Below are positions 10,322-19,448 of a stretch of 64,000 nt of DNA, in pieces. Under the pieces are notes generated by a model. The model was not told where the DNA came from and made no database searches. It was given only the letters and a program-made list of their open reading frames with translations. The stretch comes from Nibricoccus sp. GTDB taxonomy: Bacteria; Verrucomicrobiota; Verrucomicrobiia; Opitutales; Opitutaceae. Positions within the stretch are counted from its first letter, which is position 1, and each line of letters begins with the position of its first letter. The stretch covers positions 768,001 to 832,000 of the forward strand of contig JASGHG010000001.1 of the NCBI GenBank assembly GCA_047602425.1, read 5' to 3'. A program made the translations under genes and the position numbers.

Positions 10322-11639
10322 ATGCCCGACCTCGGCTCCAAAGTCGCCGCACCCCCGAAGCCGCGGTCAAACTATCCCAAAAAAGAGCGGAGTATTCTAA
10401 AACTCCTCGGGCCGGGACTCGTCACCGGCGCGGCCAGCGACGACCCAAGCAGAATCGCTACATGCTCTCAAGCGGGCGCCCAATTTGGATACACCACGCT
10501 CTGGACGATGCTGCTGTCCTACCCGCTGATGAGCGCAGTGCAAATGATCAGTGCGCAAATCGGCCGCGTCACCGGGCATGGGATTGCCGGCAACATGCGG
10601 CAGATTTGCCCGCCGTGGTTTTGCGCCGCCATGGTCGGGGCGGTGATTTTGGTCAATATCGTCAATATCGCGGCCAATGTTTCCGCGATGGGCGCGAGCC
10701 GTCGCCCTCGTCGCGGGCGGTCCAGCGCCTCTCTATGGCATCGCGCTATCAGTCGGCTCGCTCCTTCTTCAAGTCTGTATGCCGTATAGTCGTTATGTAA
10801 AGGTGCTGAAATGGCTGTGCCTGGTGCTGTTCAGTTACGTCGCGACTGCTTTTATTATAAAGATTCCTTGGCGGACAGCTTTGATATATACGTTCATCCC
10901 GCATTGGGAACTCACGCCGGAATTCCTCACCGTGATCGCCGCCATCTTTGGAACCACCATTAGTCCGTATCTATTTTTTTGGCAGGCTTCCCAGGAGGTT
11001 GAGGAGGTGCGAATCAATCGGGACGTCAAACCGCTGACCAAGGACCCGTCGCATGCTTCCGTTCACTTTGGCAGGATCGAAATGGATACCCGCGTCGGCA
11101 TGGCGATCTCCAATCTTGTGGCCTACTTCATCATCCTCACCGCGGCCGCCACGCTCCATGCCACAAATACGGGCGAACTGAAATCCGCGGCGGACGCGGC
11201 CCAGGCGCTCAAGCCCGTCGCGGGGACATTCGCCTTCGTTCTCTTTTCGCTGGGCATCGTGGGCACGGGCTTCCTGGCTTTGCCGGTGCTGGCCGGTTCG
11301 GCGGCGTATGGCTTGGCGGAGTCGCTCGGTTGGAGAAACAGCCTAGAAGTAAAACCCGTTCGGGCCAAACGATTCTATTTCGCACTCACCGCGGTCATGC
11401 TTGTCGGAACCGCGCTGGTTTTCGTCCCCATCGATCCGATCAAGGCGCTTGTCTGGGCCGCCGTCCTGAACGGGTTGATCGCGCCTCCCTTGATGGCCAC
11501 GATGATGATGATTGCTGCAAATCGTTCGCTGATGAAATCCTTTGTGCTGCCACCGCGACTAAAGGCCGTGGGCTGGATCGCAACCGCGACCATGACAGCC
11601 GTCGCCGCCCTCATTGTTGGCGGGTGGTTTTCGCGTTGA
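10322..11639 (+). pseudogene. NRAMP/MntH-like divalent metal transporter, frameshifted near 10697
   Basis: ORF 10322.. has GPGLVTGAASDDPS..SQAGAQFG and IGRVTGHG; ORF ..11639 has GTTISPYLFFWQ. Removing one base in ATG GGC GCG A GCC GTC joins them into about 438 aa. Confidence 0.8.
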
Positions 11640-11710
11640 GGCAATGTATGCGCGCTCCTTGCGATGTGAATTTTTCCGGCTATAAGCTTATGCGGCGCCC
11701 GCCGCCTTCG

Positions 11711-12079
11711 ATGAAAATCTTAATCGTAGATGACCGCCCCAATCTCGCGCGCGTTACCATTTTCGCGCTGCGCGGACTTGGTTGCGAAGCCCTCTGGGCG
11801 CGCTCCGTGGCGGAAGCCGAGTCGTGCCTAGAAAATTCCGACATGGACGCCGTTTTTCTCGATGTGAATCTGGATCAGGAAAATGGCTTCGATTACCTGT
11901 CACGACTGGTTGTTCAGCGCCCGCAACTTCCTGTGATCATGTTTTCGGCCCAATCCAGGGACGAGATCCTCGAAGAATCGAATCAACGCGGCGCCTTTGG
12001 CTGCATCACAAAACCGTTCGGACTCGAGGAACTTCGCGCGATGATAAACCGGTTGCAGTTGCATGCCTCTTCACGGTGA
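11711..12079 (+). CDS. Single-domain response regulator (receiver)
   Basis: MKILIVDD...FLDVNL...FSA...ITKPF; start moved from 11330 to ATG at 11711. Confidence 0.9.
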   Translation: MKILIVDDRPNLARVTIFALRGLGCEALWARSVAEAESCLENSDMDAVFLDVNLDQENGFDYLSRLVVQRPQLPVIMFSAQSRDEILEESNQRGAFGCITKPFGLEELRAMINRLQLHASSR

Positions 12080-12090
12080 GAGTTCGTTGA

Positions 12091-13098
12091 ATGACACATA
12101 AAATTCGCGCAATTCTCGTCGGACCGCTGCCTGTCGACAATGCGGTTGTGAAGCACGCCTTGGAAACAGCTTTCGGCGAAATACAGGTGACCTCCGCCCA
12201 GTCGTATTCCAACACAGAACCGGCGGAGGTGGTCGTAGCGGCCTTTCCGGCCGCAAACACAATCGACAAGACCCTCGCCGACATGAACCATCATATACCG
12301 GGAGCTTTTCTGATTGGGCTTGGCGCGGGCGTTCTTGAAAACGGCGAAGCGATTGATGAAAGCGAATGGACGGCGACCAATCTCTCCCGCGCGTTTCGCG
12401 CCGCACGACAAATGCATGAGCTTCGCACCGAGAATCGCCGACTGAAGGGCGATTTACTCACGACTGCCCGCCGCCTGAGCCACGATCTGCGGTCACCGTT
12501 AGGCTGCATTCACACCAATGGCGACATGATCAAAGAACTCGGTTCGGCGGCCCTCGACGACGCTACGCTGCGCGAGTCCGCGGGGTTGATCCTTGATTCC
12601 GCAAAAGAAGCCACGGCGCTCATCAACCGCGTTTCCTTGGTCCTGCGAGCTTCAACGGAAACTCCAAAGTTGGAACCCGTCGACAGCGGAGCGACGCTGA
12701 AAGAAGCCCTCGCATCCCTGAAGGCGACAACCCCGGCCCTCTCCCTTCCAAAAACGTGGCCGCGCGTCCTGGCCGTGCCGCCGTGGCTGATTGCCATTTG
12801 GACCAATCTCCTCGACAACGCCGTCCGTCACGGCGGCCCGGAGGTTAAAATCGATGTTAGTTGGCGGGAAATTTCCGCCATTGTTCATTTTTCCGTCACC
12901 GATAATGGGCCCGGTGTGCCGAACCAACAAGTCCCTGCACTTTTCAGGCCGTTTGAACGGTTGCATGCCAGCCAAAGTGGCGGTCTTGGCCTGTCGATTG
13001 TGCATCGTTTTGTCACGAGGATGGGCGGGACTTGTGCCTACGTACAGCCGCCTGAAGGCGGCGCGTGCTTCACCTTCAGCCTTTCGAGCGCCGCATGA
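12091..13098 (+). CDS. Cytoplasmic sensor histidine kinase with degenerate receiver-like N-terminus
   Basis: H-box SHDLRSPL, N-box NLLDNAVRH, G1 DNGPGV, F LFRPF, G2 GGLGLSI; no TM helix evident. Confidence 0.9.
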   Translation: MTHKIRAILVGPLPVDNAVVKHALETAFGEIQVTSAQSYSNTEPAEVVVAAFPAANTIDKTLADMNHHIPGAFLIGLGAGVLENGEAIDESEWTATNLSRAFRAARQMHELRTENRRLKGDLLTTARRLSHDLRSPLGCIHTNGDMIKELGSAALDDATLRESAGLILDSAKEATALINRVSLVLRASTETPKLEPVDSGATLKEALASLKATTPALSLPKTWPRVLAVPPWLIAIWTNLLDNAVRHGGPEVKIDVSWREISAIVHFSVTDNGPGVPNQQVPALFRPFERLHASQSGGLGLSIVHRFVTRMGGTCAYVQPPEGGACFTFSLSSAA

Positions 13099-13104
13099 GT
13101 GGAC

Positions 13105-13614
13105 TTATTTTCGTCGAATCACACTCACCTGTCCGTTCCGTTCGAAACGGGCCTCCTCGATCCCAGCCACGTCGGCAGTGTTTCCGTTCAAGCGTAGATT
13201 TTCATCCAGGTCTTCCGCGCTGATTTTGTTCTTCTCCAAAACCCGGTGGTCCAACTGCCCGTTTTTAACGACGATCTCCGGCACGCCCTTCAGCCAGAGT
13301 GAAACCACATGATATCGGCAAGCCAGCGTGCTGACAACCCGGTGAAGAACGACGAGGAGAAACGACACACCCAGCGTGGGAAGAAATGCAGCCTGGCCGT
13401 TGATACCGCGGCTCAATACCGAGCCCAAGACGACGCCCAAAAGAACGTCGAACCCGGCGTTTCTTCCCAGAAATCTTCGATCGGCGAAGCGCACCAGAAA
13501 CACGCCGAAAATAAAAACCGCTACTCCACGCGAACCCATTTGTAACAAGGTGAGATCCTGCGGCGGCGTATTCAGCCCGAAAAGTTGATAAAAAAACATA
13601 ACCGGTAAGTTCAT
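13105..13614 (-). CDS. DUF421 / YetF-like membrane protein
   Basis: Three hydrophobic segments; FDVLLGVVLGSVLSR, KGVPEIVVKNGQ, ARFERNGQVSVI. Confidence 0.85.
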   Translation of the reverse strand: MNLPVMFFYQLFGLNTPPQDLTLLQMGSRGVAVFIFGVFLVRFADRRFLGRNAGFDVLLGVVLGSVLSRGINGQAAFLPTLGVSFLLVVLHRVVSTLACRYHVVSLWLKGVPEIVVKNGQLDHRVLEKNKISAEDLDENLRLNGNTADVAGIEEARFERNGQVSVIRRK

Positions 13615-13689
13615 AGACTACGACAGACGCATCGATGGCGGAAACGTTCCGGTCCCACGCCGTGCGGATGGCCTATTAAATATACAATC

Positions 13690-14157
13690 ATGCATCCACA
13701 CCGAGCTCTTATCATTGTCGACGTCCAAAAAGCATTCGCTCCACCGCCGCAATACGTGGAGAAATTAAGGCGCTATTCCCGGCGTTTCCCTTGCCGAATT
13801 TTCACGCGCTTCATCAATCCAAAGGGCTCTCTTTTTCGGACGGTTCTCAAACAAAAATCCTGCCTGCCGGGTTCCGAGGATACCCGCCTGCTGATCGAGC
13901 CGCTTCCGGACGACATCGTCATCGAAAAGAATGGCTATGGGTTGAAACCCGCCGACATCGCTGCAATTCGCTCGCGGAAAATCACCAAGGTTACGGTATG
14001 CGGGCTCGATACGGATGCCTGCGTCCTCGGTGTGATGTTTTCGCTGTTCGATGCTGGCATCGAATGCCATTTGAAAGAAGCCATGTGCTGGAGCTCCACC
14101 GGTCTTCACAAACCCGCCCTGCAAATCGCCCGCGCGCAGTTTCCGGAAACCCGTTAA
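13690..14157 (+). CDS. Isochorismatase-family cysteine hydrolase
   Basis: ALIIVDVQKAF, IEKNGYG, VCGLDTDACV. Confidence 0.85.
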   Translation: MHPHRALIIVDVQKAFAPPPQYVEKLRRYSRRFPCRIFTRFINPKGSLFRTVLKQKSCLPGSEDTRLLIEPLPDDIVIEKNGYGLKPADIAAIRSRKITKVTVCGLDTDACVLGVMFSLFDAGIECHLKEAMCWSSTGLHKPALQIARAQFPETR

Positions 14158-14260
14158 AATGGAAACACGGGAAAAGCACGGACGCACGCAGCGGGTATGC
14201 CTCCGATGGATCAGCTTCGCGCCTTCGGATATCCTATAGGAGCCCAGAATAGGGCGCACT

Positions 14261-14722
14261 ATGAAAAATATAAAACGCCCCACTTCCCTCTTTATAATCT
14301 CCCTGCTCCTGTCCGCGGCGTGCCCCTCTTGGGCAATCGTCGAAGAGCCGACTCCCGGCGCCGGGACGGCAACCACACCGACACCCGAAACGGCCACCGC
14401 ACAGTGGGATGAAATCAAAACTTCAACCTTCGACCAGAGGGAAAAATATTTCGCGGGCTTGAAAAAGCTTTCGGCCATTGTCGATGCGCAAGTCGACGAT
14501 CTACAAGCCAAACGCCGCATGCTGGCCAACCGGAGCGAAACCGTCGACTGGGATTTGGCGATCAAGGAATTTCTCACCACGCGCGATTACTTCAAATCGT
14601 TGTCGCGCGATGCGACAAAGGCGACGGTGAACGATTGGGATCAAACGAAGGAAAAAGTCACCCAGGCGTGGACCCAAGCCCAGAGCGCTTATGACAAGGC
14701 GCGGTTAAGTACGCCCAAATGA
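14261..14722 (+). CDS. Exported helical hypothetical protein
   Basis: Signal peptide ending in A-x-A-like site, Pro/Thr linker, amphipathic helices with periodic Trp (QWDE, DWDL, DWDQ, AWTQ). Confidence 0.7.
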   Translation: MKNIKRPTSLFIISLLLSAACPSWAIVEEPTPGAGTATTPTPETATAQWDEIKTSTFDQREKYFAGLKKLSAIVDAQVDDLQAKRRMLANRSETVDWDLAIKEFLTTRDYFKSLSRDATKATVNDWDQTKEKVTQAWTQAQSAYDKARLSTPK

Positions 14723-14781
14723 CGGTCCGTTGGTAGTCGAAAATATGCGCGTATTGGATGCGCATTCTCGATCGCGCGGGC

Positions 14782-14951
14782 TAGAGCATTTTTAAAAATG
14801 TCATAGCCGGACAACTCCGGCTGTAGGGGCGCAGTCTTGCTGTGCCCGGTTTGGCTCCGCCTCAGAAAGGATGCAGCTAGACTGCGCCCCTACGAAGACA
14901 GCTCGGTTTGTAACACCGATTTACGGCTACAGTTTTATTGTGTGTGCTCTA
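14782..14951. repeat. About 170-bp REP/MITE-like palindromic element between convergent genes
   Basis: Terminal TAGAGCA (14782-14788) / TGCTCTA (14945-14951); internal GTAG-type inverted repeat GTAGGGGCGCAGTCTTGCTG (14823-14842) / CAGCTAGACTGCGCCCCTAC (14874-14893), 19/20 match. Confidence 0.7.
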
Positions 14952-15017
14952 ACGGCTGGCGATTAATATTGAGCAGTCTTCGGAACTGCTCTTCACCGCC
15001 AAAACTTTTCCGCCTTA

Positions 15018-15746
15018 TTAATCTTCGATGGCGTTTTCCAAACGCGCCCAACGGATGGCGTGGCGCAACAAACCTGCGCCGTTTTTGAGGTTCAATTTGA
15101 TTTTCAGATGCTCGCGGTAGGAATCGATGGTCTTCGGACTGAGTTTCAGTCGGCGTGCGATTTCCTTCGTCGTAAAGCCGTTTCCGATCAGCTGAAAGAC
15201 CTCGATCTCGCGGTCGCTCAAAGTATCGAGCGGAAAATCGGCTTCTTCTTTTTTCCCCTGGCTGAGCAAACTGGCGAGCAGGTTCTTCTGCATCAGTTCG
15301 CTCAAATAAATACCACCTCCGAGGATCGTCCGAATGGCGGGAAGAATGTGTTCGGTCGCTTCCTTTTTCATTAAATACCCGCGGGCGCCGGCACGCAACG
15401 CCCTCTCCGCGTACACACGCTCGTCGTGCATCGACATCGCCAGGATGTTCAACGTCGGCATCAGCGCCAGGACGTTTTTGATGAGCTCAATGCCATTGCT
15501 CGTCTTGAGGGAGATATCCGTGACGAGGACCGAGGGACGTGCATTGGGAATGGAACTGAGCGCGGTCGGTGCATCGTCCGCCTCGCCGCACACGGTGAGA
15601 TCCGGCTCGCGATTGATGATCGCACTCAAACCGGCCCGGGTGATGGGATGATCCTCCACGATGAACACGCGATGTGTCTTGGTTTCTGTTTCGGCAGTAT
15701 TTTCCGGCGTGGCCACGTCGCCAATATTTTGTGTTTTTGTGCTCAT
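15018..15746 (-). CDS. NarL/LuxR-family DNA-binding response regulator
   Basis: VFIVEDHP..VTDISL..SMH..GYLMK receiver; LSDREIEVFQLIGNG..KEIA..LSPKTIDSYR HTH; start set at ATG 15746. Confidence 0.93.
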   Translation of the reverse strand: MSTKTQNIGDVATPENTAETETKTHRVFIVEDHPITRAGLSAIINREPDLTVCGEADDAPTALSSIPNARPSVLVTDISLKTSNGIELIKNVLALMPTLNILAMSMHDERVYAERALRAGARGYLMKKEATEHILPAIRTILGGGIYLSELMQKNLLASLLSQGKKEEADFPLDTLSDREIEVFQLIGNGFTTKEIARRLKLSPKTIDSYREHLKIKLNLKNGAGLLRHAIRWARLENAIED

Positions 15747-15772
15747 GTTTCGTAAGATGTCAGGGGAAAGCC

Positions 15773-16597
15773 TCAGGCTTTCGCGCTTATATGTTCTGTT
15801 TGAGACGAGAGGTAGCTGATAAGTTTTTGCGGTGTCATCGACTGTCGCGCTTCTTCCTCCTCGACGGATTCCCCTTCGCGCGCGACGACCGGTAGTATCA
15901 GTGTGAGGGTGCATCGGGCGCCCGCCTTGCCCTCATCGCTTCTGATGTCCAGTTGTCCTCCCAACAATCGAGCTAGCTTTGCGGCTGTATAAAGCGTCGT
16001 GCCTTTGCTCGGTGGAGAATGTTTCGCTGGAAAATGACTGAGCGCCTTTTGAATTGCTTCGCCGCCGATTCCATCTCCCGCATCGCTCACGGAAATCTCT
16101 ACATTGTTTCCACGGCGCACACATGAAACCCCGACGGTGGCGCCGCGCGGACTTCGCGCAATGGCGTTTCCAACCATGCTGCCCGCGACTTGTTTCAACC
16201 GGCGCGGGTCCGCCAACACGATCCCCACCTCTGGGTCTAGATCTCCGTGCAACTTCAGCGCCATATCGTCCGCCAATTGTTTGAAGTTTTCGATGACGCC
16301 CGACAGCACCTCCGCAAAGTCCACTCGTTCCGGTTTCAAGACCACGCGGCCCGTGGCAATGCGCGAGGTGTCGACGATATCCTCAATGATCGCAAGTTGC
16401 TCCTCCACGCATTCGCGAATCGCCTGCAAACCATCTCTCAGTTCCTGCGGCGGCACTTCGTCCTGCTCCGACAGAACCTTCGTCCAGAGAAGGATCGCCG
16501 ACAGCGGTGTCCCGAGGTCGTGGGAAATGCTGGTCAGGAGTCCGTGGGTGATGTCAGCCACCTCACTGGCGGCTGGCGGATTTACCGTTGGGTTCAT
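15773..16597 (-). CDS. Sensor-less histidine kinase-like protein (HisKA plus degenerate HATPase)
   Basis: SHDLGTPLSAI, DPRRLKQV..MVGNA, VSDAGDGI; G2 box replaced by SKGTTL; start set at ATG 16597. Confidence 0.8.
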   Translation of the reverse strand: MNPTVNPPAASEVADITHGLLTSISHDLGTPLSAILLWTKVLSEQDEVPPQELRDGLQAIRECVEEQLAIIEDIVDTSRIATGRVVLKPERVDFAEVLSGVIENFKQLADDMALKLHGDLDPEVGIVLADPRRLKQVAGSMVGNAIARSPRGATVGVSCVRRGNNVEISVSDAGDGIGGEAIQKALSHFPAKHSPPSKGTTLYTAAKLARLLGGQLDIRSDEGKAGARCTLTLILPVVAREGESVEEEEARQSMTPQKLISYLSSQTEHISAKA

Positions 16598-16880
16598 GAT
16601 GGTTATCGTGTTTTCCTGCCAAACGCAGGCTGAGCAGCGGTTTGATGATCTTGAAAATTGACGAACCAAGCGCCATGCTTCTCGCCAGTTGGCCGATCCG
16701 GCCGGGGAAATATTGCGTGACGGACAATGCCCGGCCGATCGCGCGGGCGGACAGTCCCGCGATAAGCGGCTCCGGTTCGGGAGGAGGTTGCAGCACAAGC
16801 TTCAGATAAAGCCGGTCCAACTCGCAGATGAGCGCGAGCTGATGGATGCGTTCTTCAGCATTGACCTTAGGCGTCGCCAT
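16563..16880 (-). CDS. Hypothetical protein, YqjK-like position
   Basis: RIHQLALICELDRL; follows ElaB- and YqjE-like genes as in yqjDEK. Confidence 0.55.
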   Translation of the reverse strand: MATPKVNAEERIHQLALICELDRLYLKLVLQPPPEPEPLIAGLSARAIGRALSVTQYFPGRIGQLARSMALGSSIFKIIKPLLSLRLAGKHDNHHEPNGKSASRQ

Positions 16881-17307
16881 TTCCGTTGGGGGTTTGTTTT
16901 GGCTGGGGGGTCAGCAGGTTTTGCAGGCAATCGCTGTCGCTGCGAAGTTGCCTGCGAGTTTCCAAAAAAGGCCGCCAGGCGCGAATGCGGTACGCCGCGA
17001 GCCAGATCATCGAACCACCGACTAAAAGATAACCCAAGGCCACCAATCCAAGGATCAGCGTGCGCTCCGGCATGTCCCAGACCATGGCCGCGATCATAAA
17101 GGTGGCGGCAAAACCACCCAGCAGGAACAACGCCGCCGCGACGAGCGCCGCCACCACGGTGAGAAGCGCATGGTGGGAAAGTTGCGAAAGTTCAAGCGCC
17201 ACAAGTTCGCCCCTGTGAACAGCCCCCCCGAGGAATACTTTCAGGGCGGGCACAATCTGGCCAAGTCCTATGTTCGGCAGGGGCGAAGTTGTGGTCGCGT
17301 TGTCCAT
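16867..17307 (-). CDS. YqjE-like (phage holin family) membrane protein
   Basis: RGELVALEL, two TM helices, PFLETRRQLRSD. Confidence 0.8.
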   Translation of the reverse strand: MDNATTTSPLPNIGLGQIVPALKVFLGGAVHRGELVALELSQLSHHALLTVVAALVAAALFLLGGFAATFMIAAMVWDMPERTLILGLVALGYLLVGGSMIWLAAYRIRAWRPFLETRRQLRSDSDCLQNLLTPQPKQTPNGNGDA

Positions 17308-17337
17308 TTGGAACGGGCGTTTAGCGCAAGCGTATGT

Positions 17338-17664
17338 TTAGTTTCGCGAGCAGCTGCGTGCGATAAAATAGCCAACGAGCAGGCCCGTGGCCGTCGCAAT
17401 GCCGATCGAGGCGTAAGGATTCGCTCGCACGAGCTCGTCGGCTTTCGCCGCCTGCCTGCGCGCCATCTCCGCCGCCTGACTCAGCGTATGCTTGCTTTCC
17501 TCGTATGCACTGCGCAGGCGATCGCGCAGGCCCCTCACCTCCTCACCTGCCTCGGCGCCAACGTTTGCCAGCGCCTTTTCCGCCTCGCGGATCAAAGCCT
17601 TGAGTTCATCCACCGTGTGACCGGCGTGTTCGTTCATTGTAGTGTCAGCCATAAGTCCTTTCAT
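17338..17664 (-). CDS. ElaB/YqjD (DUF883) tail-anchored membrane protein
   Basis: ELKALIREAEKAL...ADELVRANPYASIGIA..GLLVG C-terminal anchor. Confidence 0.9.
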   Translation of the reverse strand: MKGLMADTTMNEHAGHTVDELKALIREAEKALANVGAEAGEEVRGLRDRLRSAYEESKHTLSQAAEMARRQAAKADELVRANPYASIGIATATGLLVGYFIARSCSRN

Positions 17665-17681
17665 ATTTTTTAGTTTTATAT

Positions 17682-17885
17682 TTACGGCGAACGCCTCGAA
17701 AAAAGCACGAGGCCGCCCACCAAGATTCCTGCAATGCCGCCAATGATAAGCCCGAGGCTTTTGTCGGTCGGTGTCCCGCTCACGGCTTTCGTCACCGAGG
17801 AGGACAGTGAGTTGGCGGAGTTCAATCCGTAAACCAACAGTATTGCTCCGACGACCAATATAACAATTGCGATCATTTTATACAT
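17682..17885 (-). CDS. DUF3185-family small membrane protein
   Basis: MYKMIAIVILVVGAILLVYG..SLSSSVTKAVSGTPTDKS..LIIGG; start at 17885. Confidence 0.8.
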   Translation of the reverse strand: MYKMIAIVILVVGAILLVYGLNSANSLSSSVTKAVSGTPTDKSLGLIIGGIAGILVGGLVLFSRRSP

Positions 17886-17905
17886 ATTCACTCCGATTTT
17901 GGATT

Positions 17906-18055
17906 TTATCCCAACGGTTTCCGCCCGCTGAACAACCTGACCAACACCACCACAAAAGCAACCAGCAGCAAAAGGTGAATGTATCCACCCAATGTATACG
18001 AAGACACCAAGCCTAGCAGCCAAAGAACGATCAAGATGACAGCGATTGCTTCCAT
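17906..18055 (-). CDS. lmo0937-family small membrane protein
   Basis: MEAIAVILIVLWLLGLVSSYTLGGYIHLLLLVAFVVVLVRLFSGRK. Confidence 0.88.
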   Translation of the reverse strand: MEAIAVILIVLWLLGLVSSYTLGGYIHLLLLVAFVVVLVRLFSGRKPLG

Positions 18056-18082
18056 GATGAGGGGCGTTGCGCATTCTGCTTT

Positions 18083-18099
18083 CGCAACAATGGTGCCAA
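18083..18099 (-). promoter_or_regulatory. Sigma54 (-24/-12) promoter for the leftward operon starting at 18055
   Basis: Minus strand TTGGCACCATTGTTGCG: GG-N10-GC, close to consensus TGGCACG-N4-TTGC. Confidence 0.8.
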
Positions 18100-18174
18100 A
18101 TATCACGCCAATGCGTTTCTTGTTTATTTTTAATGCCTTACAAACAATCCACTATTCGACGCATGCTTGAAAGG

Positions 18175-18218
18175 CTGCATTTTGCCCGCAGGGCGCCCCT
18201 CGGGTTCGCAATTTGCCA
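18175..18218. promoter_or_regulatory. Candidate enhancer (UAS) pair for a sigma54 activator
   Basis: Cores GCATTTTGC (18177-18185) and GCAATTTGC (18208-18216), 31 bp apart, 80 bp from the promoter GG. Confidence 0.6.
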
Positions 18219-18422
18219 TGTCTGGATGAGGAAAATCTCCGGTGCTCCACCGAGAAACCGTCCCGCTGTACGGGGAGAAAGGGACGTGATACCGAGTGCA
18301 AACGCTCACGCTGTCGGTTGCCCTCCCGTTTTTGGTGGGACCGCCTCAAAAAATTTGACGAACTACTAAACGTACCCAACTCAGCACCGCCGGCACAAGC
18401 AGACCGCTCGGCCTTCAAATGT

Positions 18423-19448
18423 TCATGGACTGCTTTGCGTGGGAAATTCGAGATAGAGCTCCTGCCGCTCGTCGGTGAGTTTGCTCCCGGTTCGTCCACC
18501 TTGAGCCACGACAAGCGCCTTGCAGATCGCCAGTCCAAGATCGGCGCCGGCGGGTCCTTTCCTGAGGCCGAAAGTTTCAGCCGCCCGGCTTTTCCGGTCT
18601 AAGGAGCCTTCGGTGCGCGCCGGACAGCTCACTCCGATTCGCAGCCAATTTTCGCCGACCGAGAGTGAAACAGAAATATTTTCCCCGCGTTGGCTAAGGA
18701 GCGCCGTATTCTTCAATAATTCCGCGAGCGCCCGTTCGACTTTACCAACGTCTATATACAAGCGAGGAAGTTCTTCCGTCGGAGCATGAATAACGACCTG
18801 CTGCGCGTTGCGATCAAACAACGGCCGGGTTTCCGCCAAGGGATTGGCCAACAGCATCGACGGCTCGACCAGCGTGCGCGTCAGAGCTTCCTGCCCGCTC
18901 TCGATCAGGAAGATCTCATTAATTTGCTGCACGAGTCGGAGCATATTCTCGCAGTCGTCGCGGCTGGCCTCGATCAATTCACGCTGTTCCGGCGCGAGCG
19001 CGCCCAGTTTTTCCTCCAACAAGAGGTGAAGCGCCATGCGAATGCTCGTGATCGGAGTTTTCACTTCATGACCCAGCAAGGCAAACGCCCGCGTCGTGGA
19101 GCGGCTCGCCTCCCACAAACCCGATACTTCCGAGAACAAAATCGTCCAGCCCTCGCCAGACTCTGAAAATTGTGGAAGAAAAAAACGGGCGTCGGGTTCG
19201 CGGCCCATCTGAACCACAAATTCCCGATCACTAGACCAAGCAGTGCGCCGGCCGGCTTTCAGTGCGTCCAGCTGTTCCAGGATCACTTCATTCGCCGTGC
19301 GTTCGCCAAAATCCCCGTGAGCGATTGCCTCCGCGGCCGCATTCGAAACCAAAACCACACGATCAGCACTAATGATAAAACACGGCGCCGGAAAATCCGC
19401 CAACAAGACTGTTCCTCCGCCCGCCTCGTTGACGCCGGCTTTGCTCAT
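18423..19448 (-). CDS. KinB-like cytoplasmic histidine kinase, ATP-binding domain degenerate
   Basis: PAS-like start; GHEVKTPITSIRMALHLLLE; ELLKN; DLGLAICK; no DxGxG; overlaps the activator stop codon. Confidence 0.8.
   Translation of the reverse strand: MSKAGVNEAGGGTVLLADFPAPCFIISADRVVLVSNAAAEAIAHGDFGERTANEVILEQLDALKAGRRTAWSSDREFVVQMGREPDARFFLPQFSESGEGWTILFSEVSGLWEASRSTTRAFALLGHEVKTPITSIRMALHLLLEEKLGALAPEQRELIEASRDDCENMLRLVQQINEIFLIESGQEALTRTLVEPSMLLANPLAETRPLFDRNAQQVVIHAPTEELPRLYIDVGKVERALAELLKNTALLSQRGENISVSLSVGENWLRIGVSCPARTEGSLDRKSRAAETFGLRKGPAGADLGLAICKALVVAQGGRTGSKLTDERQELYLEFPTQSSP

Noticed and set aside
16867..17307. 'Phage holin family' protein as a sign of prophage
   Set aside because: This is the YqjE stress family in yqjDEK-like context; no phage genes nearby
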